From the NCBI GenBank assembly GCA_965637545.1, contig OZ281497.1:28272001-28336000 (forward strand): a stretch of DNA of 64,000 nucleotides. The letters are read 5' to 3'. The stretch comes from Phallusia mammillata (lineage: Eukaryota). Positions 1 through 11,511 of the stretch are shown here, piece after piece (within the stretch, counting starts at the first letter, position 1; each line of letters begins with the position of its first letter). The notes under the pieces were generated by a model. It was not told where the DNA came from. It was given only the letters and a program-made list of their open reading frames with translations, and did not search any database. Both the position numbers and the translations under genes were made by a program.

Positions 1-709
1 GAACAGAAACATCGCTTCCATCATTCCACTGAAACTTGGTTGTGTTTCCGATTCTCTTCGCGCCAATGTACAGCGAAAAGGGCTTATCTGGATTTAACAA
101 AAAGTAAAACGTATTTTTTTGCATGCTTCCGATGTATGAGTACTAGTTTGAGAAAAAACAGGATCCTTTAACTCAAAAATAAAGGTACATATAAAAATAA
201 TTATGCTATTATCGTGGTACATTAATGATGTCCAATATCGTCTAATGATAGCGAGAAAGGCTTATCTAGATTCAACAACTTGTACAATTTTTTATACATG
301 CCCGCATCGAAAACGCACTGATTAATGTGAAAAATATGAAACGTTATTATTGTGGATCGCCTATGTGAGATATTGATATTAGTTCATGATGGCATAAAAA
401 CGAAAACGAATATAGCGTTTCCGATTAAGAAAAGATAATTGAATTTATGGTTCAATTTTTACTAAACAACATCAAACTATAGTTCACAATTATCACCTGT
501 CAAGTTAATATATGTCTTCAAAAACTCAAATATTGCCGTAGTTTTGACGTTAGCTACTTCGGCTTGCAATGCAGAACATCCCATTTCAGCTTCAGCATAT
601 GAAGTGACTGGAGTCATTTCGATGGAATATTGAAATCCATTGAAGTTATGCCAAGTTCTTCCTTTTGAAACAAATAGCACAAGATATATATCACAGCAAA
701 AACCTCCAT
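1..709 (-). pseudogene. L1: C-type lectin receptor paralogue, 5' part only (exon 1 497-709; exon 2 <1-87), frameshifted in the signal peptide
   Basis: Exon 1 encodes GRTWHNFNGFQYSIEMTPVTSYAEAEMGCSALQAEVANVKT with donor ACAG|GTGATA at 496. Exon 2 (ccag|AT AAG) reads DKPFSLYIGAKRIGNTTKFQWNDGSDVSV to the window edge. The family-position ATG (709) is 47 nt from the GRTW codons versus 51 nt in L12, so it is out of frame. Confidence 0.8.
222..265 (-). other. Duplicated exon-2 acceptor and first codons inside L1 intron 1 (pseudo-exon)
   Basis: gcgagaaaggcttatctagattcaacaa nearly copies the true acceptor region gcgaaaagggcttatctggatttaacaa. It reads DKPFSL then diverges to TAA at 222-224. Confidence 0.6.
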
Positions 710-1077
710 GTTTGCCTTTCACGAAAATCTTGTTTACATAAAAAAATAGCAACACTTTTACAGCCCATGGCAATCTTGTGTAAAAGGCAACGTCCATTTA
801 ACTAAGACACAAAGTTTAATCTTGAAGATATTTCCAGTCTGTTCAGGAAAGTACTTCCTTTTCTTTAACGCAGCAACGAAGACACGGAAATTATTGGCAT
901 GACGTCATGTAACTTTCGTTTCTTATATTTTGCATCAATCACGCTAACTGTGCGTGAAAAGATGAAAACCGCGTTTATACAGCTTTGCTCCGTGTTTGGA
1001 AATGCGTGTCCGTATTTTAAACAAAGTAATAACATTTCGAGAACAGTTGCTAATTTCACTTTAAGTCAATTTCTCTA

Positions 1078-2532
1078 CTAAAAGTGCAAATGTATTTTAT
1101 ACTTACCTTGTGTTGCATGGATAACTGGACCACGTTTGGAAATAATGGTTATAGTGGAAACGGTTAGACTGGTTAAATCTGTAGATGGTAACGATAAAGT
1201 AGTGGTTGGTTTGGTGGATCGTAAAACAGTTCGGATGGTTGACTTTGTTTCTGGTAAAAAAAACGGTTAATGCTGTATGTTCGGTAGATGTGGTTAGTTT
1301 GGGAGACGGCAACACCGTTGAGACGGTGGTTGATGTCAATATGGTCGTGGCGCGACAAAACAAATTACTATGATACTTTTTACACATTTCAAAGTCATGT
1401 TATTTGTAGTTTAACTGTGGCCTGTTATAGATTTTCGGGAGAGTCATATTTCAAGGTACTAGTTAATACGTTTTTAGTGTCGATAGATCACAGCAGTGTG
1501 CACTGCCTGCTTCTTATGATCTATTGGCTTGATATGACGAATTGTTAGTTTTTGAAAAAAAAAATAATATTTGATTTGGCATGAATTAAAAATAAACTAC
1601 ATATTGCCCTTCAGTATAATCTTTTCATTTCTGTTTTTATGAGATATTGGTAGTTTTCTTACATGCGAAAATTGCTCATTTGAAAGTCAAAGAATGAATA
1701 ACTTTATGTTTTATGGAGATGAGAACTGTCGCTATAAAGTCAGATCAGTCATTCGAAATAAGACTGCGGACTGTGTAATTCCAATTATCAAGTACGATCT
1801 TTTTTTCGTCACCGGGTAGTGCCTACCTGCTATTTTTTCACAAATGTATCTCGCGCTGTGTCTTGTACATCGTACTTCATAAAAATTGTAAGATCTTATT
1901 CGAATAGATTCGTAATGATGACCCATGGTCATGCATCTTTCGTAGATGTTTTTTGATTGTCCTTTTTTCCACATACTGCTTGGAACTGCAACTTCGCTTC
2001 CATCATTCCATTGAAATCTCCCGTTGTCTTTTAGTATTCTCGCACCGATATAAAGCGAATTAGGGAAATCTGATGAAAGCAAAACAAGTGACGAGTTGTC
2101 TATGAGGTATTTGCCACCTCGGTGATAATAAAGTATGAATTTTGTGTCCTCGTATTATCGGTGCGTCAAAACTATCCGTTGTTTTCATACGAAATTTTTC
2201 ATTTACAAATTAAGGCACGTTTGGCTATGGGTAAAAACTACCATTTGAGTTACAGTTTGCTAACCAAACACAAGCTTTCATTTTAGAGGCATGAAACAAT
2301 CTAATAAATTATCACCTGTCAAGTTGATATGTGTTTTCAAAAAGTTAAAAATGGCCTCATTTTTGACGTTGGCTACATTAGCTTGCAGCAGGGAACAATT
2401 TCCCTCTGCTTCAGCATATGAATTGACTGGAGACATTTCGATGGAATATTGAGATCCATTGAATTCATGCCAAGTTCGTGCTTCAGTAGAAGCAGATAAA
2501 CACAGCAGACACAACAAAAGTAACAACGCCAT
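1078..2532 (-). CDS. L2: C-type lectin with mucin stalk and no TM exon found (exons 2316-2532, 1827-2069, 1107-1250); secreted or decaying
   Basis: Signal peptide MALLLLLCLLCLSASTEA, CTLD with 4 Cys and YIGA/WNDG. Exons of 217 and 243 nt have GT-AG phase-1 boundaries. The Thr-rich exon ends CAAG|GTAAGT at 1106, and read-through gives GKYKIHLHF* at 1078. No hydrophobic exon is seen before L1. Confidence 0.7.
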
Positions 2533-2813
2533 GTTTGTTTAAACAATTCTAGCTTCTTCAACACAAACTCCACACATAATGCCTTTTAACAACGCAACAC
2601 ATTCTTTACTAAGTAAATGGTTTTGTGTTTGTAAACTTTACAAAACCTATGAAACGGACTTTTTCTCACGTTTTCTGACAAATAAATAAACTTTAAGTAG
2701 GCCTTGCTCACAAAAACCCTTACATAAATTCGTGATACTACGAATAACACAAACAACAGACTGGCTGCTTTCTCCTTGCACACTTAAACTGATACAAGGA
2801 AATTGTATAGAGA

Positions 2814-3255
2814 TGACGTCAAAGCACTTTTTTTCTTGATATCAAGAGAAATGATTTGATTGTTCGTGAAAGGAAAGTGAAATCAAGTTTACAGCTTCAT
2901 TTAATTTGTTTAATGTCAAGCTGGTGCATTTTCTTTTCGGTCTTGAATTGTGGTTGCTATTTGGGAGTTTTAATTATTTTTCGAAGTAACAATTTTATCT
3001 ATTGTGCGACATGGATATTAGAATTTTGATTTATTTTTCAGGTATGATTTAAATCTTGTAAATTGCCACGAAATAATGTTGGTTTTGTTTTTGTTAAATG
3101 TATTGCCTGACTAGCTATTTGACTGCAGTAAAAAACTATTGTCCAACTGACGCTTTTCCTCATGCTCATATACAATAACACGGAAGTTTCATTAGGATGA
3201 CGTCATCTTACTTTAACATCTTGTCATCACGTGGAGAGAATTGATTGTTTTTGTC
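2814..3255. promoter_or_regulatory. Upstream region of L2 with two perfect CRE palindromes (TGACGTCA) and a CACGTG E-box; block conserved upstream of L3 (7658-7727)
   Basis: TGACGTCA at 2814-2821 and 3198-3205. The atgacgtc..tcttgtcatcacgtg..aattgttt block recurs at 7668-7727. Further perfect sites lie at 900-907 (L1) and 41608-41615 (L12). Confidence 0.45.
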
Positions 3256-3701
3256 AAGAGTAAAATCGATTCTGTATGCTTACCTAGAACGTGAACAAAA
3301 ACTTTTAATACGTCCGTAACAACTACATAACATATACAATACTATGATATTAACCATATGATCATTTGGTTCGGGGCTGTTAATTTTAACGGCGGGAAAC
3401 AAACGCCTGCATGCCCGCCACTTTTTGTGTGCTGGGAATAGTTTACGTTTTTTGATAGGCCGATGCCCAATTCTGTTGCAGAATGACATATTCAAGTTGT
3501 TATAGTTGTTGTGATCTAGTGGATATTAGTGCGGTGTTATTGACAAAAGTTGTTTTCTATGCTACCTTCAACCGTTCAAAAAGCAAACAAAATTTACAAT
3601 CATATTTACACTTTAAACTGGAAGAAAAGGCCATTTGCAGTAACACATAAACAAAGCTATAGCAAAAAATTGAACAGTGTCGCAATGTACTGTATCCAAA
3701 A

Positions 3702-6700
3702 TTAATTGGGATCAAATGTTATGTAATCAGGACGTCGATCTTGGCTGACACAATAGGGATTGACGGCATCAGCTTGTAATTGTGATGTGGTTGGCTGCAC
3801 AGAGTTGTTGACATAGGTTGGTGGGTTGTTGTGTATTTCTTCACTTAGTTGAATTCCATCTGTTTAAAACAATTCTGCAATCAATAGTATTTTATACCTG
3901 AATAAAAAAGATTACATGTAAGGTGGTAAACAAACTGATAGAGAAAAAGAAATAACGGTCGTATTGGGACTTATCTAAACATTTCTAAATAGGGACAAAT
4001 TGTAAAATACACTTGATCAATTAAAAATATGCATTGGGGACCTTGTTCATAGTTGATGCAATAAGGACTGATGTCATCAGCTTGTTGCTGTTCCACTGAA
4101 ACTTGTAAGGAATTGTTTGGTGGGTTCGTGTGAATTTCTATGATCCGACGATTTTCAGCTTTTAAAACAAACGCAGTTTAAAACACTTCGACGAAAGAAT
4201 GTCTCAATATAGTAACGTTTAACCAAAAACTAAAAGCGGTTCATATTTGCATTGATTTCAAGCAGGAGTTGTGCAACTTTCAACACTGATGGGCAAAATG
4301 CAATTACCAAAACTAGATCGCGAGCCACACCTTTACACAAATATGTGTTCACTACAGCACACGGACATACTGTGTTAACAACAACCAGTAATATTTGCAA
4401 GTGAGTCCAACCGCATGGTTGAGTCGCAGAATAAACCCAGACGCAATAGTCCGGTAAGAAAAAATATTGAATTGTTCTAGGGACCACTTTAGTGGACACA
4501 CTTCATTTGAAATCAAAACGTATCCGAGGATCACTTCATTAAACAGGCGCATTAGATCTGCGGGCCGAATCCGTTTTGCACACCCCCAATATGGAAAAAA
4601 TTTGCAACTTGGTTTTGTTTTCGTTTTACTTTACTGTGTAATTCTGGTTTAAACAAGAGCACTCACTCATGTTAACGTATTCAGGTTCATCTGTATTTCT
4701 TGCTGACATCTCACTCCTACAAAACAAAAAATCTAGTTTAATCACATAATTAAATGGCACATGGTGTTTTAATGAGCCCAACATTTATGCTAAACTAAGA
4801 TTATGCTTCCAACATATAAAAACTTCAATCAGATTAACTTTTGCTGAACATTTGTACATCATGGATAGGTTTGCAGTCGTATACAGTGGATCTTACCTCT
4901 TTTTGCGTTTCCACCAAGTCATAATGACTATGCAGATTATGAAAACCAAGCTTCCGCATATTGTTGAAGATATGATGGTGATGTTCATGTTAACCTTTGC
5001 TCCAACTGTAGAACCTAAACACGTTTTTCACCATAAAAATTATGCCCTTTTTTAAAATACAAAAGATTTATTATTATCAGGAGCAAAAACATATTTTCAT
5101 TAAAAGCTATTTGCAGGATAAAAATCTGTGAAATGTTTTTTTGCACTTAGTGCTAAGAGGAATTAACCTAAAAACCTGAGATTGTTAAAACGTATTGAAG
5201 GTAAGTATTAAAACTTTTGGAGTAAGTATAACTTAACCATGTTAAGCATTTTGTCAATGACGCAAATCCGGCTTCCTCGTCTGCAAAATTTTATGAACAA
5301 TGTCTTATTATAAGTTTGGAACCCTTAGTTTAAAATCTCGACATGATTAATATGCCAGGTTAAGTATTAGACCATGCGAAAAAAACGAAAAAAACACATC
5401 TTTTTTGTAAATGGAAAGTATACGTTTCTCTCACGTAATGTTTACAATGGTCTCTTGAGCTACCAAACAACATAAGTGTCATGATCCAATACATTGCATT
5501 GTTTACCAGATCAACATTCTGGATTTCTCCACATTAAACGTCACCTGAAAGTGTGTTGTGGATTACAAGATCTGACTCGGTGGTTGGGACTGACTCCGTG
5601 ACTTTAATAGTTGCCTTGGGTGTGGTGGTTTGTTTGCGTGTGGTCTTAGTTGGTTTGGTTGTTTTGGTTGTGGTGGTTGGTTTAGTTTTGGTGATTGGTT
5701 TAGTGGTGGTGGTTGGTTTGGTTGTGGTGGTTGTTTTGGTTGTGGTGGTTGGTTTAGTTTTGGTGATTGGTTTAGTGATGGTGGTTGGTTTGGTTGTGCT
5801 GTTTGGTTTGGTGGTGGTGGTTGGGGTGGTTGGTTTGGTTGTGGTCGTTGTTGGAGTGGTCGTTTTGGTTGTGGTGGTTGGTTTAGTTGTGGTGGTTGGT
5901 TTAGTCGCGGTGGTTGGTTTAGGTTTGTCTCCGGGAGTAGTTCTTGTTTTCGTGGTGGTTTCTTGAACGACAAAATATTCTTATTTTAGTTTTTCTCACG
6001 GAAATATTATAATGAGCATATTTAATTACTTTACTCGAAATTTACTTCAGATAAATACAATGAGGTTAAAATAGTGTAAAATACATTCCTTAACAACTGT
6101 TATATAGATTTTCTGCTTAATATCATCTTACTTGTCTTCCAAGCTCCACATAACTACTTAAGGATTTAATGCCCTGGTGTGTATACTTTGCAACAAGAAC
6201 CGACCAACTTCAAAAATTGTGCATGCGTTTAGATGCTGAATGGCAGTGAACGTTAAAATGTTTCAATGTATGTTTAATGTATCGTGACCGTCTCTAGGTA
6301 ACATAAACCTTAAAATAAATGCGTTCTTCGCCCATTCCAGGTAAATTATTGGTCTATTCAGGTCCGGACTAGCGAAGGTTTCCAGCATGTCTATATAACT
6401 TTAGATTCTCCAGATCATAGTACTTACAAAAGCAACATTTTAATAATTGAAACTTGTTTTTACTTTTAACCGAGTTTTCTCACCGGTTTTCTTCTCACAA
6501 ATATATCTCGAATATCCTGTACATTTTACGTCATACAATTTGTAAGATGAGACAAGAAGCAAAGCCCAACCCATTGTGGCGCAATCTTCTTTTCCACCAT
6601 AATTATTTGGCTGCCTAGCTCCCCACAACTTTTTATAAACTCCAACATCATTTCCATCATTCCACTGAAACTTTGTTGTACCTTTGATTCTTCTCGCACC

Positions 6701-7259
6701 AATGTAAAGAGAGTGGGGATAATCTTAAAAAAGTGAAATTCTTTATTTGTTTTTTGCAGTAAGTTTGATAATTATATTCTTGTAACTTTTGAGTACATTA
6801 TCAAAACACATGTAATACTCTATTTCACGGAGTTTTCTAGATGATTTATCTTCAAACGGTTTGATCACATCGTGCAAGGATTTAGGTTTGTAATGTTGTT
6901 GCATAAAAACCACCTGAATTGTTGTTAAGGTCGCGCATACGGTTTCACTTAATGACAAAATAAGACGTTAAGGGTGAAAATGGAAAATAAGTTAAAAGGA
7001 CACAATTCTATTGACGATTCAAAATGCGTGCGAAATTATCACCTGTCAAGTTGATATGTGACTTCAAAAACTCAAAGATTTCCATAGTTTTGACGTTTGC
7101 TACAATAGCTTGCAGCGCGGAACAATTCCTCTCTGCTTCAGCATATGAATTGACTGGAGTCATTTCGATGGAATATTGAAATCCATTGTAGTCATGCCAA
7201 GTTCTCCCGTCAGCAAAAACAGATAAACACAATATAAACAACAAAGCTAACAACTTCAT
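3702..7259 (-). CDS. L3: intact type I membrane C-type lectin/mucin receptor with YVNM tail (exons 7043-7259, 6484-6723, 5545-5961, 4897-5014, 4667-4716, optional 4042-4158, 3702-3859)
   Basis: All exons are open with AG/GT ends and matching phases. CTLD: QPNN..EDC..LYD..YIC. 139-codon KPTTTT stalk. TM ITIISSTICGSLVFIICIVIMTWW-KRKKR. Tail SEMSARNTDEPEYVNM...PPTYVNN...NPYCV...PDYITFDPN*. Confidence 0.88.
5600..5925 (-). repeat. Coding 18-bp tandem repeat (K-P-T-T-T-T) in the L3 mucin exon
   Basis: About 15-18 degenerate AAACCAACCACCACAACT units (not exactly counted). They explain the overlapping Val-rich, Gly-rich and Pro/Gln-rich ORFs in the track. Confidence 0.9.
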
Positions 7260-7939
7260 CATTGTTTAGGCGCCAAAAAGCTACGATTTTTATATCTCTG
7301 AATGCATAAACAGCCTTATTGGCAGTTTATATTTCCTTGAGTACTACTTGATATTATTCGAAAAAACAAAGTAAAGTGAAAACATAAATCATAACTACAC
7401 GGAAAGTTAATTCGTTTTATTGCTTTAAAGTGAGTGATTGAAACATATACAAAACGTTACTAAACAATCTTCCTGAAAGGTTTATTTTGACTGAGATATG
7501 TAATTCAAAAAACAAATCCTAACTACGTCTCGATAGAACGGTGGTTGTCCAATAAAATATTTTGCTGCATTTTGTTCTAAGGTTAGCCTGACTAACTACA
7601 ACAAACGACCTAATGACGGAGTTCCTCATGCAGAGAAACTATAGAAACTATAGGAAATTTCTATTAATATGACGTCTTGTCACTTTTATACTTCTTGTCA
7701 TCACGTGAAGATAAATTAATTGTTTTTCCCCGACATTCTACATACTTTCTTAGACGCTACTCGCACTAATGTAAATAAATGTAGGGGGATCTAAAAAAAA
7801 GCGAAGCAGCTCATTATTTTTCTTTTATTAAAAAAAAACTATTCGTTTTAAACGGGAAATGATTTGAGGTTTTAATCTCAGCATAAACGTTTTACGTTAA
7901 ATGTCCCAAGTAATCCTTATTTACCACAATACTGACACC

Positions 7940-8423
7940 CAGACTTGGACAACTAGATAATTCTAGTTGTCTAGTTGGGTAAAATAGAGCAAAATGGCGG
8001 TAATTCTAGTTCTAATCTAATTTAGAATTATCCAGTAAGCTCTAATTCTAATTCTAATCTAATTCACAGTTTTCCCAAAATCGCTAGTTTGTCCAACGGC
8101 ACTTTTAGGCATGTGATCTGAGCATGCATTTTGTAACCAAAGCGCACAAAACCATGCAATTAACAAGACCAAACTACATCACTGAAACATGTTCTTCAGT
8201 GAAATTTGGCACTCAGCTCCGTTTAAACACGTTTTAGATGCACCGAATCGTATTGTTCTAAATGTGCAAATCTACAAGTTCAAATTTGAAACAAACTAAA
8301 GTTGGTTGGCTTAAATCTAATTCTAGTTTGAATTCTAGTTTAATTTCTGGATTTTGAGAAAATTCTAATTTTAATTCTAATCTAATTTGAAAAACCGAAA
8401 AAAAATCTAGTTGTCCAAGTCTT
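7940..8423. mobile_element. MITE with 18-bp terminal inverted repeats and 8-bp target-site duplication (hAT-like)
   Basis: agacttggacaactagat (7941-7958) is the reverse complement of atctagttgtccaagtct (8405-8422). CTGACACC flanks both sides (7932-7939, 8424-8431). Interior has ctaatt/ctagtt arrays. Confidence 0.9.
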
Positions 8424-10119
8424 CTGACACCTAGCCGTCAGGATAAAGTTACGAAAGCAGCTCATTGGTACCAACTCCCTTGGCAACAATAATGTAAACC
8501 TGTCGGTGTTTAAAATGCCAAACGCCGACATCATGACTGATCATATTTTACATCAACGAAACAGAAGTTATAATCTACACAATAACAAAACTTCTGCCAA
8601 ACTGACCACTACTTCAATGTTATCAATACACAAAACATCTGCACAAAGACTACCTTTGTAATAGTTTCCTATTTGATTGCACACGTAGCTACTTTGTTTG
8701 CTATTAACACTTCCATACTTAATACTCCCATAATAAAATAGCCACACAAGTACTAGAGATGCATCACACAATGGCAGCTTAGTTGGGAGCGCCTTGGTCA
8801 GGAAGCTGACTGCAAACGAATTTCTTCAACTTTCGAAACCCGACAGGTAATAATGCAACATACGTAACAATAGAAAGAGTCCATTGAACTATAAATAGCT
8901 CGCGCGTCGCATTCATCACTGTTGGGAAAGTATAAACGAAAGTAAAAAGAATGACAATAGACTGTTTGATGCAAACAAAGCATGGAGCTAATAAAAACAG
9001 TCGTTTTGATGTGACTGTCTTTAACAGCCAAATTGAAAATACTCGAATATTAATCACATATATTTTAAAATCTAATTTTCGTCTCGTTTGAAAAACTGAC
9101 CTGGTGATTTTTTCAGAAACCTTTTTTGAACAAAATGGATCCACTTATTATGAAATAATTTACTTATATTTTTCACCCGAACGACAACTCGAAACAATAA
9201 AAGCAACAAATACAGCATGGGTGCATTAAACGTTTTTTTTGTGCTTCCTAAAAGAATTCCATGATTTAATGCGCTTGCAGAACAACAAGCCGGAAATAGC
9301 TGCGCAACGTAAAAACATTATGAAGCGCAAAAATGTGGAGGAAGCACTTGGTGGATGGAGGCTGAACGAACTGCAGTACAGTGCCATATAAAGCGTTATG
9401 TAACTTGAGCTTACAAGAAAATCATTGTGATCATTGTAGACAAACATAACCGGTTAGTGTGGAGGTACGGTGGTTGGACAAGTTGATGGGCATAAAACTG
9501 TCTATCTGTGTCTTATTGATGAATAAATACTATATACTGTAGATCAGTAATATATATTAAAAAAATAGCCAACAACATGTTGGGTTTTCCTTCTAGTTAT
9601 TTATGTTACAATTTGCTTATAAAACTAAAATTAAAAATTTAATTAAATGTGAAATTAATGACACTGTGGAAAATTTGCTTCGAATTATCCATACTGTGTG
9701 TGCAAAATCGTCAAAAATTGTAACATTTTTATTAATGTGTTTGTCATTACCCTTTAGCTCCCACGTGTGTCAAAAATATTAACACAGCTACTGTGGCAAA
9801 ATAATTCCTTCAAAAACTTGCTTGGATTAAATACCAAGTTATACTAGTTAGGTGTTTACCATATACGTTGTATGATCTGCATGTAAATAAACAAATCAGG
9901 TTGAGCTTTAACTTTCAAAATACGGTAACACACTTAATAATTTGATTAGGCATTGCAAGCGTCGGAAAGTGGAAAATAGGTTTTCAAAAGTTTTGTACAT
10001 TTTTTTGCAAAGTTACATTCACAATGACGATGCAATTTACAACGCTTATGACGCAACTGCATTTAGTCATCTAAATGGTCTTGTAAACTTTAATTCCCAT
10101 ATGTTAATAAAGAAAAGCA

Positions 10120-10880
10120 GTATAAAGCAGAAATATTTTGCACAATGACGAAAGCACGGCATATCTTAAATCTGGGACGAGTTTCATCCATTTTAATACA
10201 ATTTCTTTTTCGTTTCCTTGTCAGGTTTCCTTTAATCCGCAAGAAAAAAATTGGTTCAATTTTGCTTTGCCTATTCCATTAAAACTATTCAGTACCGTTT
10301 AATCTCGTTAAACCGATGTAAAAAGAAGAAACCAAACCTAAAAACGTTTTGTTTGATTAAATCATCCTCTAGTAGGAACGAAGGCTTTGCAACAAAGAGT
10401 TCAATTTTCGCACATGTGTAAACTGCTTTCTCTGATTAAAACACAAAACTAAAAATCTTTCAAGGTGGTTCAAATAGCAATTAAACCGCATGAAACGTAA
10501 ACAGACTGTCACAAAATGCTGCCACACACGAGAGTTTTCTCAAAAAAAGCAGGTCTCAAACTTTTAACAAAGAAGCAAGCGGGACCTGACATGTGTTCAA
10601 AACTAGTGGTGGGATTCAGCCGGTTCGCACCGGTTCTATAGAACCTTATAACGAAATTTTATGAGATCAGCGAACTGGTTAAGATTAATAATAGACTTTT
10701 TGTAACAGAACCGTCTGAAACATATGACTTTTGTGATTTATGACAAAAAAATTGAATTCCACCACTGTTCAAAACTAAGTAGTAATGTATCAAAGCCGAA
10801 AAACATCGATATAGCTCGGCAAACATTGTCACAAAACTAAACCAGAAGTATCGGAACAATTGAGAGTGGCAGATAAGTGT
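10120..10880 (-). pseudogene. L4: decayed CTLD paralogue of a divergent subfamily (exon-2 relic ~10120-10337; exon-1 relic ~10750-10880)
   Basis: ttttag|GT then GLVSSFYIGLTRLNGTE*F*WN...NCIKMDETRPRFK..PCFRHCAKYFC with stops and frameshifts. Alignable by eye to 27888-28114 and 37556-37807. Confidence 0.75.
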
Positions 10881-11511
10881 CAGCAGGTCTCCTTAAATAT
10901 AAATGTTTTACACAACAACAATCCAATGCCAACACACTAATTAGTTCAAACAGTTATACTCGTTTATTAACACGTTATAAGCGCGTCAATACACATGTGT
11001 AACTAAGCTAGGACACACCTAAATGATTCCGCCATAGAGCCATTCATATTTGCTAGATGTCGGAGGGATCATTGCTTTGCATTTTCCATCTGATGTTGCT
11101 GGTAAAATGTGAGATTGGTGTCGCTAGCAGAACTCGGCGTAATAATTTCTTTCAGAAATGACAAAAGCAAATACATCTGACATACATTTGACAGAAATTT
11201 GACAGGGAACGTTTTTCGATCGCTCGATTTTGGACAACAGCAAACAGTATGAAATAAAACAACGCAAAATATGTATGGATTCGTAGAGTTATTTTGACCA
11301 AAATGAAACACTGTAAAGCTGTAACTTACATGTGCATTATTTGATGTAAGCATCGATTTGATTGCATTTTTAAACAATTTTGTTACACAACACCAAAGTG
11401 ACCAATTGTTTATTAGCTTGTTTTAAAAGGCCTGTAACCGTTTTGTTTTGCAATTCTGTTCAAATTAGGAGATGTAAGTGACACAATATTTTGAAAACGT
11501 TGACCATCGTC

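Noticed and set aside
5553-5989. Val-rich and Gly/Cys-rich plus-strand ORFs (also 16363-16809, 23514-23840, 30232-30570, 34681-35085)
   Set aside because: They are antisense shadows of the Thr/Pro mucin exons.
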